A stretch of 64,000 nucleotides of DNA from positions 1-64,000 of IMG/VR virus record IMGVR_UViG_3300027861_000001; one strand, given 5' to 3'. Below the pieces are notes generated by a model that searched no databases, was not told the origin of the DNA, and was given only the letters and a program-made list of their open reading frames with translations. This document shows, piece after piece, positions 29,572 to 39,269 of the stretch. Position numbers and translations under genes: made by a program. How positions within the stretch are numbered: position 1 is the stretch's first letter; each line of letters opens with the position of its first letter. This DNA is from a virus.

Positions 29572-29744
29572 ATGTATGGATTGTGGTACAATCTATGAAG
29601 TAGAGATGGATTCTTTTATGGCTGAGTCATTCTCAGATATAAAAGATGAGTTCGGTGAGCTTGAGGGCATCTGCCCACTGTGCGAAAAAGTGAATGGAAA
29701 GCACAGTAGAGAAAAAGTAGAAATTTCATTTTCAGAGTTAGAAA

Positions 29745-29993
29745 ATGGTTGGGAAAGAGAGTAGAGCTATTTTAGTCCATATCTCTGACTACTTGTATGA
29801 TGATGTGAGAGTAAAAGAGTGGAGGCATTTTAGGTGTCCTAGATATCAAATCCTTTGTGACGATTGTAAATTAAAATTTCAATGTGCAACTACACCAGAT
29901 AAAGAGACACTTTCTGTGGATGTTCCTGAACTACAAAAAGATGATACACACCTAGAACATAGGCTTTGGAGTTGGTGTAAAATAAAGAAATGA
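29745..29993 (+). CDS. CWT-family protein (internal motif)
   Basis: CDDCKLKFQCATT. Confidence 0.65.
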   Translation: MVGKESRAILVHISDYLYDDVRVKEWRHFRCPRYQILCDDCKLKFQCATTPDKETLSVDVPELQKDDTHLEHRLWSWCKIKK

Positions 29994-30229
29994 GTAAACA
30001 GAAATTTAAAGTTGGTGATAGGGTTGTAGTGAACAGAAAATACCTTAATCCTAATCATAACAATTATATGATTGGTTGCAAAGAAATCACACACACCAAA
30101 AACTGTAAAGGGGAAAACAGAATTACGTATTTTGTTCTAGGTGTTTGGTTTTTCAGTTATCACCTTGATATGTGGACAGAAGATTCGTGTAGTTTTTGTC
30201 TTAAACGCTTTAAGTGTTGGACAAATTAA
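29990..30229 (+). CDS. CWT-family protein
   Basis: FKVGDRV; ends CSFCLKRFKCWTN. Confidence 0.8.
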   Translation: MSKQKFKVGDRVVVNRKYLNPNHNNYMIGCKEITHTKNCKGENRITYFVLGVWFFSYHLDMWTEDSCSFCLKRFKCWTN

Positions 30230-30487
30230 ATGAAAAGAAAGTTTAAACCAGGCAACATGGTTGTGTTCAGAGCAAAATATCCTAGCACTGAAAGCATGTA
30301 TTATTTTGTTGGGTGTGCCAAAGTTACTGATGTATGGAAAAACCTCGACGGAAGGGCTGTTTATTCGTTAGAGAGTGTATCAGGACTTCACAGATTTACG
30401 ATTGGTTATTATAGTTATGAATTAGATGAAGCACCAAAGGATAAATGTAATATCTGTGAAGTTAGATTCAAATGTTGGACAAGCTAA
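30230..30487 (+). CDS. CWT-family protein
   Basis: Ends CNICEVRFKCWTS. Confidence 0.8.
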   Translation: MKRKFKPGNMVVFRAKYPSTESMYYFVGCAKVTDVWKNLDGRAVYSLESVSGLHRFTIGYYSYELDEAPKDKCNICEVRFKCWTS

Positions 30488-30742
30488 ATGAAAAGAAAAT
30501 TTAACTTAGGAGATATGGCTCTCATAAGTCCTAAGTATATTAGGTATATTATTGATTGGAAATATTTCGAAGGATGTAGAAAGGTTACAAGAATTAAGAC
30601 AAAGGAGTCTGGATATACGAAGTATAGTATAGAAGTCATAGAACACGCTATTCACCGCGAATACTATAGTTGGGAACTGAATAAACCAACAAAAGAAGAT
30701 TGTAATAAGTGTAAAGAAAGATTTAAATGTTGGACTAGTTAA
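30488..30742 (+). CDS. CWT-family protein
   Basis: Ends CNKCKERFKCWTS. Confidence 0.8.
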   Translation: MKRKFNLGDMALISPKYIRYIIDWKYFEGCRKVTRIKTKESGYTKYSIEVIEHAIHREYYSWELNKPTKEDCNKCKERFKCWTS

Positions 30743-31051
30743 ATGGAAAGAAAATTTAAAGCTGGAGATAAGGTTAAAATATTTGATATAGGTGTTCTAC
30801 CTTATACATATGATTATATTGTAGGGCAAGTTGGTATAGTATCTGGGACAGGAAATGTTCTAGGGGTATCAGAGGTACTTGTTGGAGGTTTGAGCCTACA
30901 TGCAGGATTTAACGAAGATTCAAAGGGTATGATAGCTGGAGGTTGGGATATTTCTAGTGGTACTTTTTTATATATAAAGGAAGAAGGGTTAGAACTTTGC
31001 ACTGAGAAGTGTGAAACTTGTAACTTTAGATTTCGTTGTTGGACTAGTTAA
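30743..31051 (+). CDS. CWT-family protein
   Basis: Ends CTEKCETCNFRFRCWTS. Confidence 0.8.
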   Translation: MERKFKAGDKVKIFDIGVLPYTYDYIVGQVGIVSGTGNVLGVSEVLVGGLSLHAGFNEDSKGMIAGGWDISSGTFLYIKEEGLELCTEKCETCNFRFRCWTS

Positions 31052-31333
31052 ATGTCAGATGAATATATAAATTTTAGTTGTAGAGCCGAGTATCGTATTC
31101 CTATGAGTAATACTAGATGTTACTTAGTGAATGAGTGTATTAGAGAGGAAAGAGAAGCTTGTGGTGCAGTGTGGGCAGAGTATGATTTTTTGGAAGATAA
31201 AATTAATAGACTTTGGATGTATAACCCAAATGTTCAAACACGTATACTACAGCAATATAAAAGATACTGTAAAGAATTAGAAAAGGATAATTGTGATGAA
31301 TGTAAATTACGTTATCTTTGTTGGACTACCTGA
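31052..31333 (+). CDS. CWT-family protein
   Basis: Ends CDECKLRYLCWTT. Confidence 0.8.
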   Translation: MSDEYINFSCRAEYRIPMSNTRCYLVNECIREEREACGAVWAEYDFLEDKINRLWMYNPNVQTRILQQYKRYCKELEKDNCDECKLRYLCWTT

Positions 31334-31542
31334 TGAGTAAATTAAAAGTAGGAGACAAAGTTCGTTTAAAATATGCTTCTAATTTTTGGCAATATAAAGT
31401 AAGAACGATAACTAAAATTCTTAACGAGTTAGATGAACCATACTTTCTCAACCATTCGTTTATAGGGTGGGCAGAAGAAGAATTGGTACTGTGTAAAGAC
31501 TGTGATCAATGTGAAGAAAGATTTCGTTGTTGGACAAATTAA
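31333..31542 (+). CDS. CWT-family protein
   Basis: LKVGDKV; ends CDQCEERFRCWTN. Confidence 0.8.
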   Translation: MSKLKVGDKVRLKYASNFWQYKVRTITKILNELDEPYFLNHSFIGWAEEELVLCKDCDQCEERFRCWTN

Positions 31543-31911
31543 ATGGATATGAGAAAAGAAGAAAAGTTTGCTATACTTTGTACATTTGCATATGGTGGTT
31601 ATTTTTTTTATATAATAAATACTCCACTTAGCCATGTAATGATACGTAGAGTTGAACATAATTACTCGAACGTTGCAAAATTTGAAAACAGTAGCTATCC
31701 ACGCGAACAAATTGATCGTACATGGGAAAAGTTTGTAGAGTGGCGTGATAATGGTAAACAAAACATACCAATACAATGTAAAGGTTGTGAAAATATATTT
31801 AAATGTTTAACTTTCTACGGACAAGGAATTTCTCTGGCACTAAATAGAGATATTCCATTTAGTATTAAAGAATCTGTAGTAGGAGAAGATAGTGAGTGGT
31901 TACTTAAATAA
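31543..31911 (+). CDS. CWT-family protein (internal, degenerate motif)
   Basis: CKGCENIFKCLTF; resembles 49245-49520. Confidence 0.6.
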   Translation: MDMRKEEKFAILCTFAYGGYFFYIINTPLSHVMIRRVEHNYSNVAKFENSSYPREQIDRTWEKFVEWRDNGKQNIPIQCKGCENIFKCLTFYGQGISLALNRDIPFSIKESVVGEDSEWLLK

Positions 31912-33229
31912 AATAGCAGATGATTTTAATAAGGCTGGGTATGAGATATACGAGGTTGGTGGTATGGTAAGAGATTCTATTTTAGGTAGACCTTCCAACG
32001 ACATTGACCTATGTACAGACGCAGTACCAGAAGAAACTATTAGGTTATTAAAACCATTTGGTTCTGTCTATACTATAGGCAGGAAGTTTGGTACTGTGGG
32101 AGTGTTGTTGGCTGATGAAACAAAAGTAGAAGTAACAACCTACAGAACAGAAACCTATAGCAAAGACTCTAGGAAACCAGAAACTGTTTTCGAAAAGAGC
32201 TTGATTAAGGATTTATGTAGGAGGGACTTCACCATAAACGCCATAGCACGTGACATAAAAACTGGTGAATTGATTGATCCTCGTAATGGAAAGAGAGACA
32301 TAGGAAATAAAATTATAAGATGTACTCAACACAGAGATACGACATTTAGTGACGATCCTCTTAGAATGATGCGTGCTGTGAGGTTTGAGGCACAACTTCC
32401 TGGTTTCAGTTTTGTAGAAAAAATAGATAACCCAGAAAGGTTAGAGATTGTGTCAATGGAAAGAATCAGGGAAGAATTAGATAAAATAATGAAAACTGAC
32501 GAACCACACAGAGGAATTAGGAGGTTATGTTCTTTAGGGCTTATGAAGTATATAATACCTGAGTTGTTAGAATTGAAAACGATACCCCACGGAAAGCATC
32601 ATTTCAAAGACCCATTTGATCATACAATGTTAGTTTTACAAAAAGGGGCTGTTGTTTCAAACGAATTATCATTTAGATATGCTTGTTTATTTCATGATAT
32701 TGCTAAACCAGACACCATAAGTATGGATGAAACTGGGGTGCATTTCAATAACCATAACATTGTAGGTGCAGGTAAAGCAAAAACAATCATGAAACGGCTC
32801 AGGTTCGACAAAAAGACTATTACAACCGTCAGAACTTTGGTTAACCATCATATGGAACCTTTACACTCACAAAAACTATTAGAAGACGCAACTGATAAGC
32901 GTAAAGATTATTTGGTGGGTAGAATGGTGCGTAGGATTGGAAGGGAAAACATATATGACTTAATCAATTTGGTTAGGTGTGATATTCGTTCATCCAAAAA
33001 TCCAAAGCTTGATTTCTTAGATATCTTAGAAGAGGCAGTAAATAATCACTTTATTGTGGTTCCAGTTGTTAAGTCTCCTTTAAGCGGTAATGAAATTATG
33101 GACTATTTAAACATAAAACCTAGCCAAGAGGTTGGTAGATTAAAGAGTATCTTAGTTCAAAAGGTAATTGACGGGGAGCTAGGGTTTGATGATAAGGAAG
33201 CTGCCAAGAAACTTATCAAGGAATTGTGA
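31892..33229 (+). CDS. cca: CCA-adding tRNA nucleotidyltransferase with HD domain
   Basis: VGGMVRD..DIDL, RRDFTINA, DDPLRMMRAVRF, ERIREE, HDIAKP. Confidence 0.9.
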   Translation: MSGYLNKIADDFNKAGYEIYEVGGMVRDSILGRPSNDIDLCTDAVPEETIRLLKPFGSVYTIGRKFGTVGVLLADETKVEVTTYRTETYSKDSRKPETVFEKSLIKDLCRRDFTINAIARDIKTGELIDPRNGKRDIGNKIIRCTQHRDTTFSDDPLRMMRAVRFEAQLPGFSFVEKIDNPERLEIVSMERIREELDKIMKTDEPHRGIRRLCSLGLMKYIIPELLELKTIPHGKHHFKDPFDHTMLVLQKGAVVSNELSFRYACLFHDIAKPDTISMDETGVHFNNHNIVGAGKAKTIMKRLRFDKKTITTVRTLVNHHMEPLHSQKLLEDATDKRKDYLVGRMVRRIGRENIYDLINLVRCDIRSSKNPKLDFLDILEEAVNNHFIVVPVVKSPLSGNEIMDYLNIKPSQEVGRLKSILVQKVIDGELGFDDKEAAKKLIKEL

Positions 33230-33501
33230 TGATAGACAAAGACCTACCAGCGTATGAACACTTCCTTATATGGTCAGAAAAGTATAAAATGGCACTCCAC
33301 TACCGATGTAATACTTGTGGAACAGTTTGTACATACGAATGGGTAGATAACGTTAAGCAAGATAGAACACCATGCCCTGTTTGCAAAGATTCACAGATTC
33401 CAACTTCTTCTCTTTGGGTAACAGCCTGTACTTTAGATGAGGAATTTCCAGTAGATGTTTGTGAGAAATGTGAACTTAGGTTTGTTTGTTGGACAGGATG
33501 A
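33226..33501 (+). CDS. CWT-family protein (Zn ribbon + tag)
   Basis: Ends CEKCELRFVCWTG. Confidence 0.8.
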   Translation: MMIDKDLPAYEHFLIWSEKYKMALHYRCNTCGTVCTYEWVDNVKQDRTPCPVCKDSQIPTSSLWVTACTLDEEFPVDVCEKCELRFVCWTG

Positions 33502-33752
33502 TGAAGCATAAAAACAGGTGTATAAGAATCACGCAAATTAAATATAGTACTCCATTTTGCTTGGCTGATGACAATGTCAAGAAGCATTTCTCACACTGCG
33601 TAGGAAGAAAGGGAAAGATAGTTGGTGGGACAGATGATTGGGTAAACATCGAGTTCTTAGACACCGGTGGTAAATTTCACTTTCATCCAGACGAGATTGA
33701 GTTATTTCCTTGTGAAGAATGTGAAAAAAGATTTAAATGCTGGACAACTTAA
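33498..33752 (+). CDS. CWT-family protein ('QIKY' subgroup)
   Basis: Ends CEECEKRFKCWTT. Confidence 0.8.
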   Translation: MMKHKNRCIRITQIKYSTPFCLADDNVKKHFSHCVGRKGKIVGGTDDWVNIEFLDTGGKFHFHPDEIELFPCEECEKRFKCWTT

Positions 33753-34019
33753 ATGAAACAACCTAAAGATGGGCAACGGGTAATTATTACACAGATTAAA
33801 TACGGTTCTGTGGATATTCTTGCCAACGACAGTACAAAAACTAACCATGCTGATTTCGTGGGAAAAGTAGGAATAATACATCGGGAAGCTGGTGATAAAG
33901 ATTGGTATTTGGTACAACTACCGTCTGGAAGTTGGAACCGCTTTCATCCAGAAGAATTTGTGTTATGTACAGAGAAGTGTAATGAGTGCAAAGCTAGATT
34001 TGTTTGTTGGACAGGGTGA
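33753..34019 (+). CDS. CWT-family protein ('QIKY' subgroup)
   Basis: Ends CNECKARFVCWTG. Confidence 0.8.
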   Translation: MKQPKDGQRVIITQIKYGSVDILANDSTKTNHADFVGKVGIIHREAGDKDWYLVQLPSGSWNRFHPEEFVLCTEKCNECKARFVCWTG

Positions 34020-34291
34020 TGAAAAAAATAAAGGTGGGAGATAGGGTTAGACTTAAAAAGATACACAAGGGGTATCTTCCAGCCAACCTTGATGTAGAGT
34101 TTGCGTGGGAACGATGTTATATCGTATCTGAGGTATTTTTTAGACCATTAATAGGTTCTAAAACAGGGAACTATGTAACACTTATAAAGTTTAAAAGTTA
34201 CAACACCGGTGCGAGCAAAGCCAATCATTTTTCTCACACTAAAAAGACTTGTGAAAAGTGTAAATATAGATTTAAATGCTGGACTGAATGA
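34019..34291 (+). CDS. CWT-family protein
   Basis: Ends CEKCKYRFKCWTE. Confidence 0.8.
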   Translation: MKKIKVGDRVRLKKIHKGYLPANLDVEFAWERCYIVSEVFFRPLIGSKTGNYVTLIKFKSYNTGASKANHFSHTKKTCEKCKYRFKCWTE

Positions 34292-34545
34292 TGAATAGAA
34301 AATTTAAAATTGGAGATTTTTCTACAGTAAATAGAGTCGGATGCTACCCAAATGAGTTGGGGCGTATTGTACGGATTACAAGAAGCTGGAATGACAATAT
34401 TCTATATGAAGTAAAAATATGTGCTAGAGTTAAGAATGGTTTTATTTATGATAAAAAACTACATCCTGCAAGAAGGTTGTGTAAAGTAGACAACCCACCA
34501 AAATGTGAAGAATGTGAAAAAAGATTTAAATGCTGGACTACGTGA
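34288..34545 (+). CDS. CWT-family protein
   Basis: Ends CEECEKRFKCWTT. Confidence 0.8.
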   Translation: MMNRKFKIGDFSTVNRVGCYPNELGRIVRITRSWNDNILYEVKICARVKNGFIYDKKLHPARRLCKVDNPPKCEECEKRFKCWTT

Positions 34546-34793
34546 TGCTAAAAGAAGGTGATAAAGTATTTATAACAGGTATGGATGATTGGTGTGATTG
34601 TGTAGACTGCGTGGAAACATACTGGCAAGATGTACACAACAAACAAGCAACTGTAGTAATGTCGGTAATAAACGCACCAACTCTTGTCTTTACTACAAGC
34701 GATGGTATTAGATTTAGCATTAAAGACGTAACTTATGACGTTTGTGAGAAATGCGATGAATGCAAACATCGTTTCATATGTTGGACTAGTTGA
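34545..34793 (+). CDS. CWT-family protein, paralog of 57453-57704
   Basis: KVFITG..DWCDC..C; ends CDECKHRFICWTS. Confidence 0.8.
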   Translation: MLKEGDKVFITGMDDWCDCVDCVETYWQDVHNKQATVVMSVINAPTLVFTTSDGIRFSIKDVTYDVCEKCDECKHRFICWTS

Positions 34794-35084
34794 ATGATAA
34801 AAAAAAGAATTAAAAAAGGAAGCTGTGTAATAGTAACACAAATACTGTATGGTTCATATGGAGTAAAAGCGTCTGACAGAATACTCCAAGACTACGCTCA
34901 ATACGTAGGAAAAGTGGCAACAGTTGAGGCATCAGATGTTGAAAAAGATGGTTTTTCAATTAAACATACACTAAAATTCAAATCTTTCGACGAAATAGTA
35001 GGAGGATTTTTTGTAGAGGAGCTTGAGGAGCTGGAAAAACCATGTGAAGAGTGCCCTGCAAGATTTCAATGTTGGACTAGTTAA
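34794..35084 (+). CDS. CWT-family protein ('QIKY' subgroup)
   Basis: Ends CEECPARFQCWTS. Confidence 0.8.
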   Translation: MIKKRIKKGSCVIVTQILYGSYGVKASDRILQDYAQYVGKVATVEASDVEKDGFSIKHTLKFKSFDEIVGGFFVEELEELEKPCEECPARFQCWTS

Positions 35085-35333
35085 ATGTTTTACGAGTTGG
35101 ATGAAATAGTAGATTCACTTGGTAAAACTAAATACTCGTCATGCTTAGTTATAAAGTATTGGTATTCTATAGTAGATTACAAAGAATATGTATTAGTCAA
35201 AAGAGGTTGCGAGGAATGTGAAGAACGTTTTAAATGTTTTACATCGAACACAAACATTCCACCACGAACAACACTAATGTCTAGAAATAGATTTAGTTTA
35301 TATAATACTTGGGTAATAGAAAGGGAGGATTAA
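35085..35333 (+). CDS. CWT-family protein (internal motif)
   Basis: CEECEERFKCFTS. Confidence 0.7.
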   Translation: MFYELDEIVDSLGKTKYSSCLVIKYWYSIVDYKEYVLVKRGCEECEERFKCFTSNTNIPPRTTLMSRNRFSLYNTWVIERED

Positions 35334-35675
35334 ATGAAACATATACCTAGAATACAAAAGGACTCTATTAAAAAGCTTAACTTGGAAATGAAAGAAGCTC
35401 AAGAGAGTGACCTTGTTAGCTGGTTAACAAACCAACTAGACACAATGAAAAATGAGAATCCAAAACTATACGAATACTTTACAATTCGTGCTCAAAGGTT
35501 CTCAGAGTCAACTATAGGTAGGCCAGATACTAATTTCATGGCAACATTTGCTTCTGAAATGTTGTTCATGTTGACTCTAATAGACCTATCATTAGATAAG
35601 CAAAAAAAGCTAGACAAAACGAATAAAAACTTGGAAACATTTATAAATGATATCGAAGGGCTGGACGAGTTCTGA
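35334..35675 (+). CDS. hypothetical protein
   Basis: GGAGG RBS. Confidence 0.6.
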   Translation: MKHIPRIQKDSIKKLNLEMKEAQESDLVSWLTNQLDTMKNENPKLYEYFTIRAQRFSESTIGRPDTNFMATFASEMLFMLTLIDLSLDKQKKLDKTNKNLETFINDIEGLDEF

Positions 35676-36184
35676 TGAATGGGTTTGGTAAGGCAATTGA
35701 TAAAGTTGAAGCTTTTATCAACGCAGCAGAACAGAACAAAAACCTATGGACAATGTTAGAGGACATAGAAAAAATTCCTTGGTATAAACCTGTAGCTGAA
35801 AACCTGAAAGATTATGTTAGAAGAAAAGGCAGGTTATCAGACAAGCAAAAAAGCTATGTAACTTCCATGTATTTAGATTATTGTGTGATAACAGACAACG
35901 AAATAGAAAAGCAACGGGAAGCTAGAAAGTTGCTTTGGCGGATGCGAACAATGGAGTCAGACGCGTTTACGTTTAAGACGTGGAATAGAAGGTTTATATC
36001 TAGTTTGTGGGCACAGCATAAACCTTACACATTTGCACAGCTAGATACACTAAACAAAATTGCTACAAAATATAAACTAAGACTTTCTAGAGTTCCAGAA
36101 GTTGCTGATGAAGCATTTGATGGTTGGAACGTAGATTATCTTAAACAGAGGGAAGCAGAGAATGGAACCGTACATAAAGATTGA
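35675..36184 (+). CDS. hypothetical protein
   Basis: 169-aa ORF, TGATG coupling. Confidence 0.65.
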   Translation: MNGFGKAIDKVEAFINAAEQNKNLWTMLEDIEKIPWYKPVAENLKDYVRRKGRLSDKQKSYVTSMYLDYCVITDNEIEKQREARKLLWRMRTMESDAFTFKTWNRRFISSLWAQHKPYTFAQLDTLNKIATKYKLRLSRVPEVADEAFDGWNVDYLKQREAENGTVHKD

Positions 36185-36392
36185 ACGTACAGTAATAGAG
36201 TTAAAGTATAACCCACAATATGGAGATAAAAGAATATGTATTTGTGGACATACTTACTACAGACACTTTGACACATACGAAGATATGTTAGCAGTTGGGT
36301 GCAAATATTGTATGTGTCGTGAGTTTAAGGAGGCAGAGCATGAAACGCAGTTAGGCTCGGATAGATTAGAGTAAAGCTCAATAGGCTATCCG

Positions 36393-36421
36393 TTGACATA
36401 TACTCAGGCATATGATATTAT
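36393..36421 (+). promoter_or_regulatory. sigma70-type promoter with spacer GGC
   Basis: TTGACA-tatactcaGGCataTGa-TATTAT. Confidence 0.8.
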
Positions 36422-36463
36422 AAGGGTGTTGAGGTCAAACTAAAATTAATTGGAGGTCGAATA

Positions 36464-37651
36464 GTGGACAATATTCCGGTAATGACTCAGATCATAAAAA
36501 AGTGCATCGAAGTAAAAAGGACGCCCCTGTTGTGGGGTAAACATGGTATTGGTAAATCTGATATCATAAGAGACATTGGAGAACAGTTGGGATTCGATAA
36601 GGTAATTGACTTGCGGCTGGGGCAGTTGGAAGTTGGTGACCTTATTGGGATGCCGGACAGAGAGTATTACTGTCCATCATGTAAAACTTCATTTGGAACA
36701 AAAGGTGATTTAATCTTTTGTCCTGTGTGTGAGGATGAAGGCAGAGGAAAGGTAGCAATCGCAGGCAGAACAATCTTTCTACCTCCAGATTGGTTACCAC
36801 AAAACGGAGAAAAGTATTTACTATTCTTCGACGAATTTAATAGAGGAAGGTTGGATGTTCAGCAGGCAGCTTTCCAAATTGTGTTGGATAGAAAAATCCA
36901 TCGTCACGTAATTCCTGACAATTGTGCAATTATTTGTGCTTGTAATCCTTCTGGTGGAAATTACAATGTTGAGGAATTGGATGAGGCTTTGATCGATAGG
37001 TTCATCAACATTAAGTTTTCTCTGAGGGCTGATGAATGGTTGAAGTGGGCTACTGATCATAATATTAATGAAAATATTGTGGACTTTATTATGACAGACA
37101 ATACCGCCCTCGGTGCTGATCCTATTGAAATTCCTGTTGAAATTAAACCTTCTCCACGCTCTTATGAGTTCCTTAGCAACGTAATTACAGGACTCGACAG
37201 GAACTATTGGTCAGCAACTGCGGCAATGATTGTTGGAGAAACCACCGCTTTACAGTTTATGGCAAGCCTTAAAACAGACCTTGATAAACCTGTTAGAGCA
37301 AAAGACATATTCGACAAATTCAACGATAAGAAAGACCCTTCAAAAGCTACTCCAACAAGAAGGAAAGTTATTGCTCAATGCAGAAAAACAGAAGGACAAA
37401 CAAGGTTTGATTTGCTTGACCAAACTATAAAAGAAATTGTGCGTGACTTGAAAGATGACCAAAGCAAAAAATACAATGAAAGTCAGCTTAACAATCTCGG
37501 CGATTTCCTTTTGTTGATTCCTAAAGACTTGGCATTTACTGCAATAAAAGACCTTTCCTTGATGAACGACGTAAACATGAGACTTCTATTGATTAGAACT
37601 GACCTATTCGACCTCATCAAAGGGGCTAGGGGAACTGACAAAGACGGTTAA
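36464..37651 (+). CDS. MoxR-like AAA+ ATPase with inserted zinc ribbon
   Basis: Walker A GKHGIGKS, DLIGMP, Walker B FFDEFNR, ACNP, LIDRF, SPRS; CPSC...CPVC insert. Confidence 0.85.
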   Translation: MDNIPVMTQIIKKCIEVKRTPLLWGKHGIGKSDIIRDIGEQLGFDKVIDLRLGQLEVGDLIGMPDREYYCPSCKTSFGTKGDLIFCPVCEDEGRGKVAIAGRTIFLPPDWLPQNGEKYLLFFDEFNRGRLDVQQAAFQIVLDRKIHRHVIPDNCAIICACNPSGGNYNVEELDEALIDRFINIKFSLRADEWLKWATDHNINENIVDFIMTDNTALGADPIEIPVEIKPSPRSYEFLSNVITGLDRNYWSATAAMIVGETTALQFMASLKTDLDKPVRAKDIFDKFNDKKDPSKATPTRRKVIAQCRKTEGQTRFDLLDQTIKEIVRDLKDDQSKKYNESQLNNLGDFLLLIPKDLAFTAIKDLSLMNDVNMRLLLIRTDLFDLIKGARGTDKDG

Positions 37652-37662
37652 TTCCCCAAAAC

Positions 37663-37703
37663 AAGCTGGTGGTGTGTGTTAGCGAGGCATGCGCCACCAG
37701 CTT
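37663..37703 (+). other. intergenic RNA hairpin
   Basis: aagctggtggtgtgtg...catgcgccaccagctt, about 16-17 bp including G-U pairs, no U-tract. Confidence 0.55.
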
Positions 37704-37724
37704 ATCAATAAAGGAGAGAGAATA

Positions 37725-39269
37725 ATGGCAGAGAAAAAACAAGACACAAGCTATCTTGATAAGGTAGATGTTACTTCTCCAATTATAACTGATGCTTGCA
37801 TTGACCAAGAAATTATTCAGTTAGTATTGCTACATAAGTATTTTTATTCACACTTTTTACAGCAGTTTAGACGGCACATCATTAAAAAAGGTGACCCGTT
37901 GTGGGATAAAGTACCAACACTTGGTGTAAACATCACAGATGATTTACGTCCAAATTTATTTGTAAATGAGGCTTGGTATGGTAGTTTAACACCAGATGAG
38001 AAGCTAGCCGTGCTAGAGCATGAGGTTCTTCACATACTAAATAAACACTTAATAAGAAAAGAAGGCAGAGAACCTTATCTGTGGAATCTTGCTAGCGATG
38101 TTGCTATTAATCAATACATAAAAGGATTACCAAACGAGGGGCTTTGCCCTGATTGTAATATACTAGTCAGGCGCACAAGTGACGGTAAGTTACCAACACG
38201 TTGTAATGTATGTAACAGAGAGCTTGACCCTAAAAAAGATAAATGGGAAGCACTAGACTATCAAACTTTCAAGTTACTAAAAGATAAGAAATTACCTAAA
38301 GAAGAACCAACAGAATGTTATTATGACCTTATGAATGAAAACTTACCAAAAGAAACTATCCAACTTGGCATAAAAATGACTAAGGAAAAAACAAAAGGAT
38401 GTAAGGAGTGTGGTGGGTTTGGTAACTCAAACGATCCGCAACCAAGCGAAGAGCCACAAGACGGTGAGGGAAGTGGAGGACAGGGTGAAGAAGAATCCGA
38501 TAAGCACGGTTGTGGGCAGTTAGAAATAGATGGCGTAAAAGTTCCTATGACTATGGACCCACATGAAATTTGGGAAACTGGTTCTGATAATCAGGAAATG
38601 GCTCATGAAAAGATTAAAGAAATGGTTAGGTCTGCTCTTGATGAATCAAACCAAAGACAACAAGGGCATCTTCCAGACTTCTTAAGAGGTTTGATTGATT
38701 CGTGTATTGCTCATAAGATTCTTAACTGGAAATCAGAACTTCGTAGGTTCGTTGGTTATGAGGAATTTGCGAAGATGGAATCTACCAGAAAGAAAACCAA
38801 CAGACGATATGGTGTGTATCAGCCTGGAACTAGGGTAGTAAGGAAAGCACACATTGCTGTAATTGTAGATAGTTCTGGTTCTGTTTCTAATGACGAATTT
38901 GCTAAATTCTTTAAAGAAATAGAGTTTATGAAGAAGGCTGGTGTTGGTATCACTATTATTGAATGTGATGCTGATGTCCAATCTGTTTATGAGTATAAGA
39001 AACGACCAACTATCGAAAGAATTGGATATGGTGGCACAGACTTTAGACCACCTTTCAAGTTACTTGTTGATAAGAAGTATACACAAGGAAGGCATGGAAA
39101 CAACAAAACGTTTGAACTAAGAAAAAGTGTTGACTGCATCATTTACTTGACAGACGGTTATGGTAGTTTTCCTACGTTTGTTCCAAAACCTACTATTTGG
39201 GTTATGACTCCTAACTACCAAGACCCAAAGAATCCAGCTCTTGGTAAGGTTATAGTAATGAAAGACTAA
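37725..39269 (+). CDS. DUF2201-type metallopeptidase (HExxH) + VWA-like domain protein
   Basis: EHEVLH, WNLASDVAIN, VDSSGS, ECDA, GGTDFRP, YLTDG; typical partner of MoxR-like ATPases. Confidence 0.85.
   Translation: MAEKKQDTSYLDKVDVTSPIITDACIDQEIIQLVLLHKYFYSHFLQQFRRHIIKKGDPLWDKVPTLGVNITDDLRPNLFVNEAWYGSLTPDEKLAVLEHEVLHILNKHLIRKEGREPYLWNLASDVAINQYIKGLPNEGLCPDCNILVRRTSDGKLPTRCNVCNRELDPKKDKWEALDYQTFKLLKDKKLPKEEPTECYYDLMNENLPKETIQLGIKMTKEKTKGCKECGGFGNSNDPQPSEEPQDGEGSGGQGEEESDKHGCGQLEIDGVKVPMTMDPHEIWETGSDNQEMAHEKIKEMVRSALDESNQRQQGHLPDFLRGLIDSCIAHKILNWKSELRRFVGYEEFAKMESTRKKTNRRYGVYQPGTRVVRKAHIAVIVDSSGSVSNDEFAKFFKEIEFMKKAGVGITIIECDADVQSVYEYKKRPTIERIGYGGTDFRPPFKLLVDKKYTQGRHGNNKTFELRKSVDCIIYLTDGYGSFPTFVPKPTIWVMTPNYQDPKNPALGKVIVMKD

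Noticed and set aside
29990-35675. Genome-wide stop-codon reassignment or a readthrough polyprotein
   Set aside because: TAA, TAG and TGA all end recognisable full-length genes, each in-frame stop is followed by ATG, and equivalent junctions also occur out of frame (TAATG, ATGA). Only the UGA at 39856 has independent support for recoding
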